From the NCBI GenBank assembly GCA_040954595.2, contig CM082581.2, forward strand, positions 6,502,699 to 6,566,698: a stretch of 64,000 nt of DNA, written 5' to 3'. The DNA is from Balanoglossus misakiensis. Taxonomy: Eukaryota > Animalia > Hemichordata. The stretch's first letter is position 1. Each line of letters starts with the position of its first letter. Shown here one piece after another: positions 24,001 through 39,000 of this stretch. A model generated the notes under the pieces. It saw nothing but the letters and a program-made list of their open reading frames with translations, was not told where the DNA came from and did not search any database. A program made the translations under genes and the position numbers.

Positions 24001-27000
24001 CAGTTTTACATCAACACATCATACTATCTAGACAATTACTGACAACCGCATTGGATTCAGTCACCAAACACTTACAGGACTAAGCCTTCCCAAAGCATCG
24101 GGTCTGGGACTTGGTATCTGTCTGGGAGATGGACTGCTCCTATCCCAGGTGTCGGCCATCTTGACCAGGGTTTGAAGTTCACCTTTGAGGGACTCTTTCT
24201 CGGCTTGCAGCTTCTGCGACTGTCCGCACTGTTGACCGATCTCTCTGTGCAAATCGCTGATGAGCTTGTTCTTCTTTTTCAGCTCATCCACCTGGCAATC
24301 AACCAATCAGGAAAGAGTATTGTTAGTGTCATCTGAGCCAAAAATTAAAGTGCATTTGTAACTTTGCAGGAATTCAACATCTTTGATACTGTACCGGTAC
24401 ATGACATTAGTGAATAATTCTTTCTCAGGCATACTATGGTTGACATCCAATGAATCAGTTCAATGAAGCAGAAAATGACTCAATACACCAGAACCTGGGC
24501 TGTATTGGGCATTAATTATTGCAGTCACTAAGACAAAGAAGTGAAAGATCCTGAAAGTCTTACAGCTGGTGGGTTTATCGTATCTTGTAACATGCACACA
24601 TGCTACAGGGTGGGAATTACACCAAATCAATACATGCATGTGGAACTGTTGTACAAGGGATAATCTAGGACAAACCAAATGGGCAATTATACCAGTACCC
24701 TGAGGCAATACATGTACAACAGAAATTGCCAACAGGTTTAATGCAGGGTTTAATCTGAGGTGTAATTCCAGGGTTTCGGCAAGATTATGTTCTCTGGCAA
24801 AAGTTCAACTTTATTTACCTTCTATAGTACATTGAGCACTAGCTTACATGTATACAGATTGGACGTACTGCAAGTACATATAGTGCAATTTCTATTTCTT
24901 TTCAAAATCACCTTAAAGTTATGGTATCTGATACTCCATAGACTGAATATGAACACAATTAACCCTTCCAAGTTAACTTAAAACACCGGTGATGTCATGA
25001 GATGAATTACAATTTTCATGTGTGCAAAACTTTGCTCACGGTACGTACGCCTGCTTTCCTTGGCACGTGTTCAAATTTCTTGCGACAAAGAACATTATTA
25101 AGGTGTGCATTTCTCGTGCATTACACAATTTCTAAAGCAGAGAACCTTGTCAATGTTCAGATTACATTGTTCACCTCTCATGAAAGGGGAGTACAATTTC
25201 TGCCAAGGAGTTATATATACCACAGGTATGCGCGGGGCATTCATAAACATGGATCCTGAAAAAGCGTTCAAAAGTTCGACATATTGAGCAATTTTTGTTT
25301 TCATTATAACACACTTTTATCTGATATGATGATTGGGTAAGAACTAAAATACACATTTTGATAAATCACTGGGCAGAAGAAGCAATTTTGTTGTGAGAGA
25401 ATTAATGACTCTAGGATGACACAAATCATTTCCTAAAATGCAGCCATGCATGGTGACGTATAATACCAATATGGCATTTTCAAAGGTGTTATGATTGCAA
25501 AACACAGCTTGCAATAATTTCATTTCATGGGTCATGTCTCAGTCAGTCAATTCACATCTATTCAAATAATACACACAGCAAGATTTGTGTGGAAGATCAA
25601 GTCGGTATCATCACCTGTAGACATTTAATTTGAAATTTAATACATCCTATATATTCCAGTTTTGTCATGATGCAAAAAAGATATGCAAGAACCTTCTCTC
25701 GTACTGAACTATTGAAAACAAATATATTTTGTGTACCACAAACCATCACACAATTTTAGCAAATTTGAAAAAAAATTACAGTGAGGAATGAATGATTTTT
25801 TTCCACTCCATTGTACAACAACTGATTTGTGTTCCGATGGATTTCTTTTCACATCCATACTATATTCAGTTCCATTCCATCTGTTCCAACCAATCAAACA
25901 ATATACAATCACCCTTTACCAAATACAGATTATCACAAATAAATTGCCATCACAGCGTGGATTCCTTTCAATCTCTGGAAATATGTCACACTTAAACGAA
26001 ATTAAAAAACTGTTCTCTCTGCATCTGCTAGAAGGGTCATATGTGTCAATACGTAATAGAAGTTTGCTAGCCTTCATTTAAACGGTATGATATAAATTGA
26101 TCACAGCGCAACTTGTGTCTGGGCTTAACGCGATGAAGAGTAGATTTGCACACCCATTTCATACACAGATTGACCATTACATTCAGATCTGATCCACAGC
26201 TGTCTCCACGCTTATTGCTATAAATAACCGACAAAATCTCCACTTCTATTTATGTGCCGGCTGATTTTGTGAACTTTTCAGGCCTTTTTTTCTGAAAAAG
26301 CACGGACAGTACAATCATACAATAGAAAGGATTAGAATCTTTGGAAAGACTTTCTCACTTTGATAGAAGTCGCCACTTATCACGTGATCATCGCCAGTCA
26401 ATTTCAATGTTCAATTCATGGAATACATGAGAATAGTTCCCCTGATTTAAATATTCAATGCTGTCCTTTAGGCATGATTAGCACACTATTAACAACATGG
26501 ACATAATCATACCACTAAGTTATATATACTATGGTTTCCACGGCAACACCGGATAGGTTGCACTCAGCGATCATCCATTTCAATTGCGGCTGCCATGATC
26601 GATTTTCCAGCATCCCTGATTTTATTGTCACAGTTTCATTAGTCCTGTGGAGGAGTGCAAACTAAGATTGAAGACCTGAACCCTGCTAACAGCTGCACTT
26701 TAAAGATTTATCGTTGTTTTGCCTTGATCAGTTTGCCAGAGAGAATCCTCCTATTCTGTTCTGTTCTTTCATGAAGACACACCCACCATTAACACTACTC
26801 TGCTGCGACCGTCAGCTACATGAAAATTTACAGCCAGTGTTTTCACCTAAGTTGAGAATATGTACCTAAATGGTTGGGTGCCATGGCAACATTTCTGTTG
26901 CCTTTATGATATGACTGTACGGTGGAAATATACAAGAACCTCTGTGAACTTAAGCATTGATACTAGATAGTTCATATACCATATATTTTCCCAAATATAT

Positions 27001-30000
27001 GGTATATAAGGGATAATGCTTCTTTAAAATGGAGAATTGTTTATTTCTCAATCAAATTTATATGCTGGCATACGCCTTTAGCCTAAGCTGAACCATTATG
27101 TGGCCTGGTGAGCAAAAGTGTAAATTTAGAAAACTTTGCATGGGGAAACAGCTGTCATCTTGCGCAGTCAGTGCTGGACAGGTAATATCGGTGGTGCATT
27201 AGGAATGGCGTTATTAACTCTTCATTAGATTTGCAATGATTTACATACCAATCACCATCATAATGACTTCCTCCGTTTCTTTTCTGTTGCCAGGCAACCA
27301 ACTGCAGGTGCCAGCATGCACCATGGGTATCCACAGTAAATGCTGTTGCATATTTCATATTATGGAAACATTTCGACTGCCTACTATTTTCACAAACTTT
27401 TTTTGAGTGAAATAATATTTCGTGGAATTTTAAATAATACGTAACGGTCTCTAATGAGATAGTTTAGGGTCACTCAACCCGCATGGATACCTTGATATTC
27501 CTTCCTCTTTCCATCAGCATTTGAAACCATTTGACATGTGCACAATTTGGCCCTGATTCAAATATTTTATACTTAAAACTTTGTACCAATAAGCTGAACT
27601 AATGTGAGGGTGTTTTTGAACTTGGATTTAATGACGGAATGTCCATCCCATGCCAACCAAGGTACAGTGTATAGATGGCAGTGGCACAAGCTTAGAGCAA
27701 AATGTATAAAAGGTAAATAATTGCACACCTATGCTAATATGAACAACATGCAGCCAACAAATGCTACCGTGTGAGCAATGAAATTAAACGATTACATTAT
27801 ACTACAAATACTGGTACTGACAGTCTAGCCCTCAGCCTGTCAGACACCTTCAGAGGTCATAGGTCACAGAAATATGATGTATTAGTCTGCAAATCCTGTT
27901 CTTTGATATTTAAAATATGTTCAAATTTGTCAATTTAAATTTTGTGGATACTGTGAAAGGTAGAGTATCAAGTAAATATTGTACTTATCACTCCAATATC
28001 ATGTGTGTAGTATTTTACTAGCTTTATTTTAACACCATCATTGCTTAATCAATACAGGCTGAATAACAACAAAAAATTTACAAACTGATCCTGTGAATTT
28101 TTTAGTTCAGATCTTAAAAGGGTTTTCTGTGGATGGCTCAAAATATATTTACTTTAAAACCTGTAAAAACGTGCCTGCCATTTTAGTACCATATTTTTGC
28201 ATTTTTGTTCCTCTGTACAGCAATAAACAGGGTGCCACCTCTAAAACTGATCAAATGACAGAAATTGAATTGAATGTTTTGTAAACATCCAAGAATCACA
28301 TTTGATCCGTTAGAAAAACTTGCACAGGCCCCCTGGACCCTTTACAAGTGAGATGTTTTGTAAGAAAACAGTTGGAATACTAGTATCATCTGGCAGGGTT
28401 ATCAGGAAAACCGATACACCTTGTTTGCATGCTGTCTGATACCTGTGCTGTTGTACATGCTTGACAGAACAGGAGTTGCTAATCCAAACAATAAGTTTCC
28501 CTTTAACCGCTCAGTGTACTAAATGAAGAGAAATTAATCCTGGTTTGGGTGGAAGAATAATTGAACAACAATAGATAAAGTGCGTGCATGTATTTTCATG
28601 TAATGTCATGCCATCACCATTACACAACTGGAACTGAAGTTCAGAAATACTGCGAGCAGGATGAGGAAATTAGAACAGATGAAATAAAATGAAACTCGAC
28701 CAGTACTGTACAGTTCAAAATCTAATCAAGCCCACAACGAAACAGCACCACCAGGTAAAATTTCAGCACAGGAAATGAAACTAGAAAAGACTGTTTATGT
28801 GGTTATATGAGGCAGCAATGTCAACTGAATAAATTATTAGAATCCATTTGATTTTAAAAGAACTTTGATGGGCCATCTGACGAAAGATATACACAATTCA
28901 TCGGAGAAATTCACTGTTTGAAAAAGTGGGGGCTTTCACAGGTATTTTTTTTCTGTTATGAATGAATGAATGAGAAAAGGGCGGCATCAACAGACCTTAC
29001 TGCTCTCGTCCAGTCCACGTTCGATAGAAAATCAAGTTTTCTGAGTTCATTTCCGACAGTCCCAACAACACACCGAATCAATCTGTTGATGTCGACACAG
29101 GTGAAACCAGGACAATGTTGTCCATTCGGCCGATTGGAAACGAACATTCCATCTTGGAAATAATCAAGCGGTGTGAGCAGCCTTTGAAATGTGACTCATA
29201 CCAGGGAGTTTCCACAGACAGACCAGAACCAATGGAAAGCTCCCTTATATATGTGGAGCAGACGCGATGGGGAGACTCCGACATCAACGACAAACTCGGA
29301 TCAGTGTTGTAGGTTGCATTGCTTTTCACATTTGCATGACAAAGAAAGGGCAACCTGACGCCCCATGTGAAGGCAAGGAGAAAAGAGAGAGAGCTATTGT
29401 ACCCGGCATGTGTTTAACACTAAAAACTAACAAGTGTGTTAATGGTGCTAGTATCCAATGCCATGTATGAAGACTAACAGTGGAGTTGCAACAATGAATA
29501 GGAGAAGTGAAGCACTTGACAACAACTTAGAAACCCTAAAATAGCTCATTCCGTAGGGCTTCATCGGAATACTGACAGTTGATGAAAAACATGAACAGTG
29601 TCTAGTACAATCCCCTGGGCATGTTATTCATCACACATTTTCAATTCCATTCACATGTCTACTAAAACAATGCCATGCATGTATTTGTTAGTCTGTTGTT
29701 GCTAGGCAACTGGATGGGTAAGCTCTAATCAAATTAAAACCAAGGAAAGACCACATCCAAATGCACCATGGAAGTTCATCCATCCAATCATCTTTCCATT
29801 TTACCATCACACTTCTTTTTTATGTTGCTCAAGTCAAATTTATAACATGCAATTTTCTTTTCCAAAATACAGTAATAATGGAAGTCTTTTGAAAGTTATT
29901 CAATCTCATTTTTCTAAATGTTAACTGTACAATGAAAACAAACCAACAGGAATTCACATTTATCAATAAAGGAAGGTACACTGACAAACAAAATTTACAG

Positions 30001-33000
30001 GTACTCCATTGATTTCTGTTGAGAATTTTGCCTGAATCAATGTCTTCAGGCAGACTATTTACTTAATGGAAAGTCAGTGATGCCAATTGTTTGCACTGGG
30101 ACTCTCTCCATTATTGACAATGTTTATGACACCTGTTGCTTAAAAGGATCTCACTGTCACTTTCATTGTCTCTTAATGGCTTCATGCAAATCATGTGCAA
30201 AGGCCGGCCGAGAAAAGTACATATACTTGAAGGTAGTGTCCTCCATGATAAACCCTAGATGCATATAACCTCCCCCTCTCTCCAAGTCTCCTTCCCTCTT
30301 CCCCGAAAATAATCATGATCCCAAAGGATCCCTTTATCAGAAAACTTAAGTTGTTACACTGCACATAAAGACTTGAACTGGAGCAAGTGTCTGAAATCAA
30401 CACTGCACAGAATAAACTGCAAAACTAAAATCAAGATTTTACTAGCTGAAACATCAGCTGCAATAATCAATGACAAGAAAATTGTGTCCAACTGAACTTA
30501 GAGGTATTCTTAAGGCTAAATACACAATACACAGATAAAGAAACATTTGACTTTCGCTTTCTGCTAGGGTCTTACCTGTTCAAACTACACTGACAGTCAG
30601 CAGTCACCCAGCACATGATCTCATGCTTGAGCTGTTCTCTAACCATCGTATGAGTAATTACCGCTGCAGTGCTAATGATGTAGGACCCTTACACATATGC
30701 CACAGCACAATATCGGCAACATGCATCTGCAGATTACCAGAAAAAGGGGGCCAAAGCTTTCAAGCATCCTCCAACGGTCCTCACTGATCTCCACTTCGAA
30801 ATCCAAAACACGGAAGCCCTTTTCACACTTCGAAGGCTAAGCCTATTTAGTATTAATGCATGCTAAAGCGATCACAAAGAAGGGTCAGAGGTCACAGATT
30901 CCAGGTACACTATTTAGTACATGTATTAACTAACCTAAGCTTAAGTGCTAAATAGTACCTATTACCTATATACAGTGTAATATTTCATCACACAAGCATA
31001 TTTCAGTCCTCATGCGACACTTATTTTGCTTACATTTACTTGAGTTTAGTTTTTTCCCTGTTTTGTTAAAAAAAAATACACCATAGTTAAAAGACGGAGG
31101 AGAAACAGAAGATAATCAGAGGTAAATCTGTTACAAAGATTATGAATTAGTGTTTGCAGACATTAGGATCAATGCCTATTATAAGGCTCTCAGATAAACC
31201 TCACAATATCTTCACATCAGTGGAAATACAGTTGTTTAGGGAACAAAGGTACAAATTTGTGCATCACTTTGGGCAGACTGCTTCATTTGGTTGCCATTAG
31301 CAACAGTTATCCTTATAAAAGAAAGCATCATGTACATAGTCTCTTGGGGGCGCTCTGACTTGTCAACCCCAGCTACTAGTATTCCTCATCTCCCTTTACA
31401 TTGTTTCTGAGAAGAGCTCACGCTTCTAGTTCTAGGCCCTGCACTTATATTTTTACAGGGCTATTACTTTGTAATTACAAGATTTTTCCCACTGAAACAT
31501 AAGTAGCACATTCATATTCTCGGGGAAAATGCGTTAATTTATAACAGCTACTCTTTAAATTCTCATATTAATGAAATGCATACTTCCAAACGGATGACAC
31601 TCCCTCAATCAAACATAAATTTGGTGTTCATAAAACAATCAGAATTTGGGTATGTACACACAATGTGACATGGGCATATTCACTTTTGATATGACACATC
31701 TTCTAAAAATTCAAATCCAGATTACAAATTCATCTTTTGGCCAAATTGCTTTGCAGGGCATTTATTTAATCTTATTGCAATTCAGTAAGAAAAGTGTGAA
31801 TGGGCACATGCAGAAAGAGATTTTGGGAAAAAATCAATTTATTAACCATACACGGCTGATTTTGGACAGTGTCACACCAGAAGAGCTCAGGACATATCAA
31901 AGAACACAAGTTCTTGCCGACATGAAACATGATAGGAAGGGGTTCAACCTATCAAGTCACATTACAGCATAAGGTTCTCAGATGTTGATTTTGTTTTTAT
32001 GATGTGTTTTTGCATTCTTGGTTATTGATTTACGACAGAAACGTTTTTCCCCTTGACTGGAAGCACTGAAAGATTTACTACAAACTGTCAACAGATGTTC
32101 TGAAGATGTCAAGACTTGCTTTAAATGCCATATCCCCTTTCAGTACATCTTTTCGTCTTTGCCTCAAAAAGCCCCACCATGTAATTTCAACCGGGATATT
32201 TCCAGAACCGCGGCCTGTCGTACTTCTCAAATATACAAAATAATGACTTGCGAAGAGATGGAAAGCTATTTATATTGATTTGACGCAGCCTCTGGTGATA
32301 CAGCACTGCTCACATTTCAATAAATGGAATCATGGGATACATATTTGGTGTCTGAGACAAGATACTAAAATAAACGTCTGCTTGGTCCATGCCACTGATT
32401 GGTTGTTGAGTTTATATGTTAGGTAATACTAGCAAACTAAGCAACTTGGTTGATAACAGCTAGGGTTCATTGTTTTATTGAAAGGTCGAGAGGTTGGAAA
32501 ATGGATGGATGGATGGATGGATGGAGGGGTGGATCATCTAATTATTATATGACAGACTATTTTAACTTCATGAACATCTCTGTGACCAGGTATATGATTG
32601 GAAACTTTATTACCAACTGAATGTAGGACTAAGTAAGTGAGTTCGTGAGTGAGTGACTGACTGACTCAGTGACTGTACTTTAATAGGTGTGAGGACATGC
32701 TGATAAGCTGACAGATCAAATAACCAACCAATCGGGCACACTATTGGATAATTTGATTGGCAGATATTGAACAAACAATGACTAATCTGTGATATTTTTA
32801 TCTGCACTTTTCACCTCCAGACAGCGCATCCACACAGTGTCTGTGACATCAAGACCTGCCGAGAAGCTATCAACTTACAACTGACAAACCACCCAGACCA
32901 CATCTTGGAGCAATTTTTATATCAGGACACCAGTGTCTCCTAACCATTTAGCTCTTCTAAATTCATTACCATTACTCATTGTATAAGACAAACCAGAGAC

Positions 33001-36000
33001 ATGCGATATTGACATCGTTCTGTTACAAAATACGCACTGCAACAAAAATTAGATCAGGAGAATCAAAGCCAAAGTTTACTTAGCACTGATTGGCTGGGAT
33101 AAGTCATGTGATATGAATTCAGCTGAAAATCCTCTACCAAACCGAAGTATATATTTCTTGGAAATTAAATGAACAAGAACAGGGGAAAATCTTATATGGA
33201 TATATAATCAGTACATAGAATTGCTTTGTTGAATAAAATTAGAAACAAACTGAAACATTAGAGTTGTAACAACTTGTACAACTGTTTGTGCAATTATTTG
33301 ACACAGTCTAGAAAATGCTGACACAGGGGCACTGGGCATCACCATCAAAAGCACTAACGCTGACCCAAAGACACAGTGGTCTCCATAACTCATGCCGGCA
33401 TCACCTGTTTAAAGTCATCAGGGATATCACTTTAGACTGTAACAGTTGTCTTTACTGGGATTTCTCAAGGGACAGGGTGTGTACATGTACATGTATATAG
33501 CGATGCTTCTTTTGGCTTCCAAATAGCATTTGCCACATGGAGTGAGTGCATGGCGTTTGCTGTTTCTTGTGACCATGATTTGTAATACAACAGCATCAAT
33601 GAACACGAACTTGACCCTAATTAACCCCTTCACTTACATTTCCTCGATATGAACAAGGGTCCAACCCTGTCAGAAATATCATCCCTTTTCAATTCATATT
33701 GGCCACCCGTACCAACACAGTGATTACTGAGGGCAGATTTTAGGGGTTAAGGGGTGTGTATGTCAAAAAAAAATTAAAATCACAATTTATCTCTGGTTAA
33801 CATGTTTTAGAGCATGATTGTCAATAACACAAGCTATGGTTGGTACATGTATACTCTGTTGAACTCTGTCTGAACAACAGTATTTTGTTATTTCCATTAT
33901 CACCATGATATATTTTTATTGACAAATGCAATAACCATAATAAAGTGGTTACTCACTGACAGCATATATGAGACACACTGTACCACAGACAATCTATAGT
34001 GATACCCAGTGAAAATCTTTAACCATATCCATAACGTCCAAACAACCCAATACCACGCATATTTTGCATACTGAAGCGTCCACTATAGCTATATATCCGG
34101 TTCTTCACCTCAGTTTTTATTTTGCCGATGATGAATAGTTCTTTCGGATATGTTCGACAAGAGAATCAAGTTTCAAGGCGAGATTTTCCACTGCTTGTAT
34201 CACGTACAGGGTGGGTTGGTGAGCATGGCCAAATGATGGTTATATGTATGACTAACGCTTGTATGATACACAATTCCCCTCCAGAATATGAACCAAACCA
34301 TGGTACACTGAGTATGACCTTCATCAAGATTCGCCCTTTAATCACCCTACACAGTCAAGGGCAATTTAAGTCTACAAATGCCAAGAATATTATCATGAAA
34401 CCACAAACACATAATTAATATTGAAAATAACATATATCACCAAACACAAATTGATTTTATGGAGACAGAGTTGGGTTTCTGAACAGAACAGGTAGGCAGT
34501 TTAATTGGGTGTTTTGGTACATTGCTTGACAAGCTTAATCAATAATGTAATGTTACAAGGACTTCTGTCAATAAAATATTTGTATAATGTTACATGGCAT
34601 TATGGTTTCAATATCACGAATACTGAAAGATGTCACAACTTCTAGGCGTCTACTGAAAAACTGGCAATGCGTGTAACTTAGATAGAGAGGTGAGCTAGTC
34701 AAAAAGATATCATTTTACACAACAAAGTATCAAACCCTGGCAGATTTCTTGGCTCAGAATGTAATCTAAGATTGCAGTGTGGAATGTTTCACAGTGTTAG
34801 AACTCCACGATTTATCAATGATAATGTTCATAATATTTTTCTGTGATTGGACCCTTTCTAAAGAGGCGCATATCAACAAGAAAGAATTTGCTGAGATTCA
34901 GAGCTGTCTATATAAAAGCAATTTTTAATATTTGACATCATTATCTGGTGGCACGACAATTAAGCTGTACCTGGCAAACTCACAAGCAATCAACAGTTAT
35001 GTGGGACGCTATTCCATTCATTAAAAAATTCCAAATTCTTTGACGTTTTTATCACCAGGGCGTGGACAAATTTCACTCAGGGAAGCTGAATGAGTTTTAT
35101 TGATCAGAGGGAAATCTCACCGAACAATATGTTAACGGTTAGTAGTAGTGTTGTGTTCTGGTTCAGATCATTGGAGATCTATAACAAAGCCTTCTATTCA
35201 ACCAGCCAAACAGTCCATGATATTTAGGAATTATCAATGGCAAATTGATGACTGTATGAGAAGTGTCCCATTAAACATGGAATGGTGCAATCCCCTCTTA
35301 TCACAATTTTTGTGATTAAGTGTATTTCCGCCATCTGGTGCTCTATATATTTATGACAAATTAGTGTATGAAATTTGCAACATATTGTTGTCAAAGTACA
35401 GGATGCATATAAATTTTGAAATATTCATAAACGCGGTATAGCAAACTGACGTCCTGTTGAAATGCATACTATTTAGTATTCACAATGTCACAATATTCTT
35501 GCCCATGGAACGGACCACAGGTCTGGTCCGAAAGTATGTATATCGGTGTGATATGCTTACAAGAATTTGGCTCTTACATGTTTGAAAACATGACAAACAG
35601 AATTGTGAATTGTAGATAAAAAAAATCAATGTTTTCAACCTGTGGTTGTTGATTTCGCAAGGGACCTACTTATTTGAATACTGGCTGCATGTCAATACTT
35701 GACTATACTTGTGTCATCACTGACCCCTGGTCGAGCGAGGTCAGATAATTCTCTGGCAACAGAACTAGAATGCCCACTTCTGTTTTTGAAAAAGCTTCCG
35801 AAACAACAACTGCACACACGCATGCAGACGTGAAAGAGACCGACCAACACAAAATATCACGTCACAATGTACACGCAGAATAAGGAGGTCTATTCTTCTG
35901 CACTGACGTATTGTTTGGGTTCTTTCATTGTTACAGGAGGCGCTAGACTTTCTATGGCATTGGTTCCATTCTCCCTCTACAAACGAGATTGGATTTATAC

Positions 36001-39000
36001 CCTCACTACAAACCATTCTCTGAAAATTATTTATTTCTTAGCTGATTTCATTCAGGATGCTTATTTCAGTCACCTTACTGTTTTAGACTTCATAACCAAT
36101 CTTACAATATTCTCACATCATAGCTAGATTTCAGAATATATTTTTACAACTGAAATTTGAAAAAAGGATTCCTTTATTAGCTAGGTTGCATGCACTTTTC
36201 CTGTGGTTGAAACACACACCTCGCATGCAGTGATCTGATCATGGACTGCATGTACATTACCGTTAACTGGAAAGGGGTTCAACTTTTATGATGCCAACAG
36301 ACAGACCACAAAAATTCTGTTGATTTATTGGCTTGCTAGAGTAAACCAAACACAATCAGGACTCTTGGCAAATTGCCTAAGCAGTTATCACTGGAACAAC
36401 AGAGACAAAAGGCCAACAGTACCTGAACCTGTGCCAAACCATTCTATTGAGATTGAGCGTCGGTTAATACTCACCTGCCTTGACAAAAACAGCTGAAATA
36501 ATTTCTTTGCAAAACTACTAATCCTGCAAGTTTAATCACAATTCAAAACCACTCCAACCATGCAAACAATTCTGCACACTACCAACAAGCTACCTCACAC
36601 CGATTTGTGAACTGAAATTCACTAAGTGGCGATCATAAATATTTACCAATGCACGATTACAAGGACGAACATCACTTAATCTTCGAGAGGCGCATTGTAA
36701 TCCAGATTAATTAATTCATTAATTAAGGACACTGTTTAAATGCACCGTTACTATGGTAGCAGGAAATCAACTTTTTGTTTGATGGAAAAAGGATTTACTA
36801 ACTTTAAACAACATTCGTAAAACCCATGCTCTCTGCTGTGAAGTTTCAAAACAAATAGGTCACAAGTAATAATGCCAAGAGGCTAAAGTTCACAACCAGC
36901 ATCTTAATAAAACATTTAAAATGTTTTCCTTCGCAGGGCAACTACAGTGGAACATTTTTTTCTCTGCCCGCTTGAGTGCAGACATTTTTGTGCATGCATG
37001 ATGGTATCCAAGAGTCTGGCAGATATCAGTTTGTCTTTTAAAATCAAATACACACAGTGTCGTTTTATCAGAATTTTGGCAAGCGTTCAAACATTGCTGT
37101 ACAAATGCTATTAGTGCGGCTTTCCCCTCATAGATAATCACTGACAATGATTGGAGGTACACAATGATTCCCACAGGTTTCTTTTTTTCTCTTTCAAATC
37201 TGTTGCTTAAGTTCATCCCTTTCCATAACAAGGCTTTTTTCTATTATTTTTAAAGCATCTCATTCTCAATCCCAACTCAAACCGTGACAATTGCATTTTT
37301 GTTATGTTTCTCAACTGCAGACATTCAAACAAGTATGCCTCTAATATAATGGTGACAAACCATAATAAATCCCACACTAAAACAAAGGGATGTTGAAATT
37401 TGACAAATAGCCACAAAATATGGCTAATGGCCCCGCATCATAACATGATTCACAAACGCTATTACAAGTATTAGCACCAAACAACATCATGAGATGAACC
37501 CAAGCTTCAAACACCATGGTCTAAAATTTCAAAATCTAAAATTATCATTACTGAAAAAGCGCTTGGCTCACAGAGTCAGCTGGAGTCCTGTTGTACAACA
37601 TGTGCCATTCTCTCGTTTTGGCCAAAGTATAGTATAACTTTCCGAGTACATGTACTTCCAAATATGGAGATTCCAACAGGGACTTGCGTGACTATCCCAG
37701 AAAGAGCATTCAAAAATAGTCGAATAATCCCGCAGAATAGATCAGATGTCTGATTTTAATTTGTTTTTCCGGAGAAAGATGAGCCAGGAATGATCCTTGC
37801 CGGGATGCTCCAGGCAAAGTTCACCAACTGTGCCCTGGAAAAGCAATTATGATGTGAGAAGGTCCGGGCTATCACTGACACTGTTAGATTCATGTCAGCT
37901 ATGAATAACACAGTAATTACTGTGGTGGACATGAAGCAAGTGCTGTTTAAAACATCGCAACTTGTTTGTTCCTCATCAATTTCCCAGCCTCCTCCTCTCA
38001 TTTCAGCATGTCTTGACACCACGCTGATGCAGACAGTCGACAATCTTCACTGACTGCCAAGACGTTTTTCTAGCGGAGTTGCACATAAAAGTTTAAACTT
38101 TTGTCAGTGATCCCAAAAATCACTTGGACCGAAAACAACCTCCTAAGCCTCTAAGCGTAATATAATATGCCCTACAACTTGTACAAGAACAAAATCCTCG
38201 GGCAGTTGAACTGATACACACAGCTACATTCTCTCCATCTCATCACTGTCAATGGTAAGGGGAGAACCATTTGATTTGGGGGAGGGGTGGGGGTGGAGCA
38301 TAGGCATATGTCAGCACACAAAAATTAAGCCACTGTAGCAGCAATTTTGTTTTTCAATTGCCAGTCTACCTTTTTCCTCAAGGCATTGCAGAAGCATTTT
38401 TTTCCTCGCCCCCCCCCCCCACCAAACAAATGGTTCTCCCCTAACACGAAACATCACAAAAAAAGGTGCAAGATTTCTGCCATCACTTTCACCAATAGTC
38501 TGTATGATTGCAACAAGGGAGAACATTCATCAAAGAGCACTTGACTGATGGAGATTGATTTCTGAATAAACCCTGCAGAGTGCACTGCTTGTGTATACTG
38601 CTGAATGACAGATGTGGACTGATGGTGAAATTACCAACACATCCATCATGCATATTTGTCTTATCAGAATCAGACGCATTTCAAGTGACATATAAAAATA
38701 AGCAATTTCCTGACAGACACAAAGTTCTGCTAACCTTCTTTTGATACTTGATGACTGACTGACTAACTGACTTAAACAGGGTGGAATAAATAACTTGGCA
38801 CCATAAACTAATTTTACCCATGAATTCAATTACCCGTTCTTTTTTTGTAAAAATGTTTAGGATAAAACGTAAAAACTTCTATATCAAACAACTTCTAGGG
38901 TACCCCAAACAGAAGATGTTCTGAGTCCTAGCTAAACAGCCAAAAAAAGCTTAACTCTAGTACATCATGCAAATTAGCTATCAAGTGAACAAAAATCACT

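Noticed and set aside
30570-30640. Strong minus-strand donor with upstream ATGs in JAKMIP intron 1
   Set aside because: Frames either stop or end in phase 2, incompatible with the next exon; could only be a non-coding exon.
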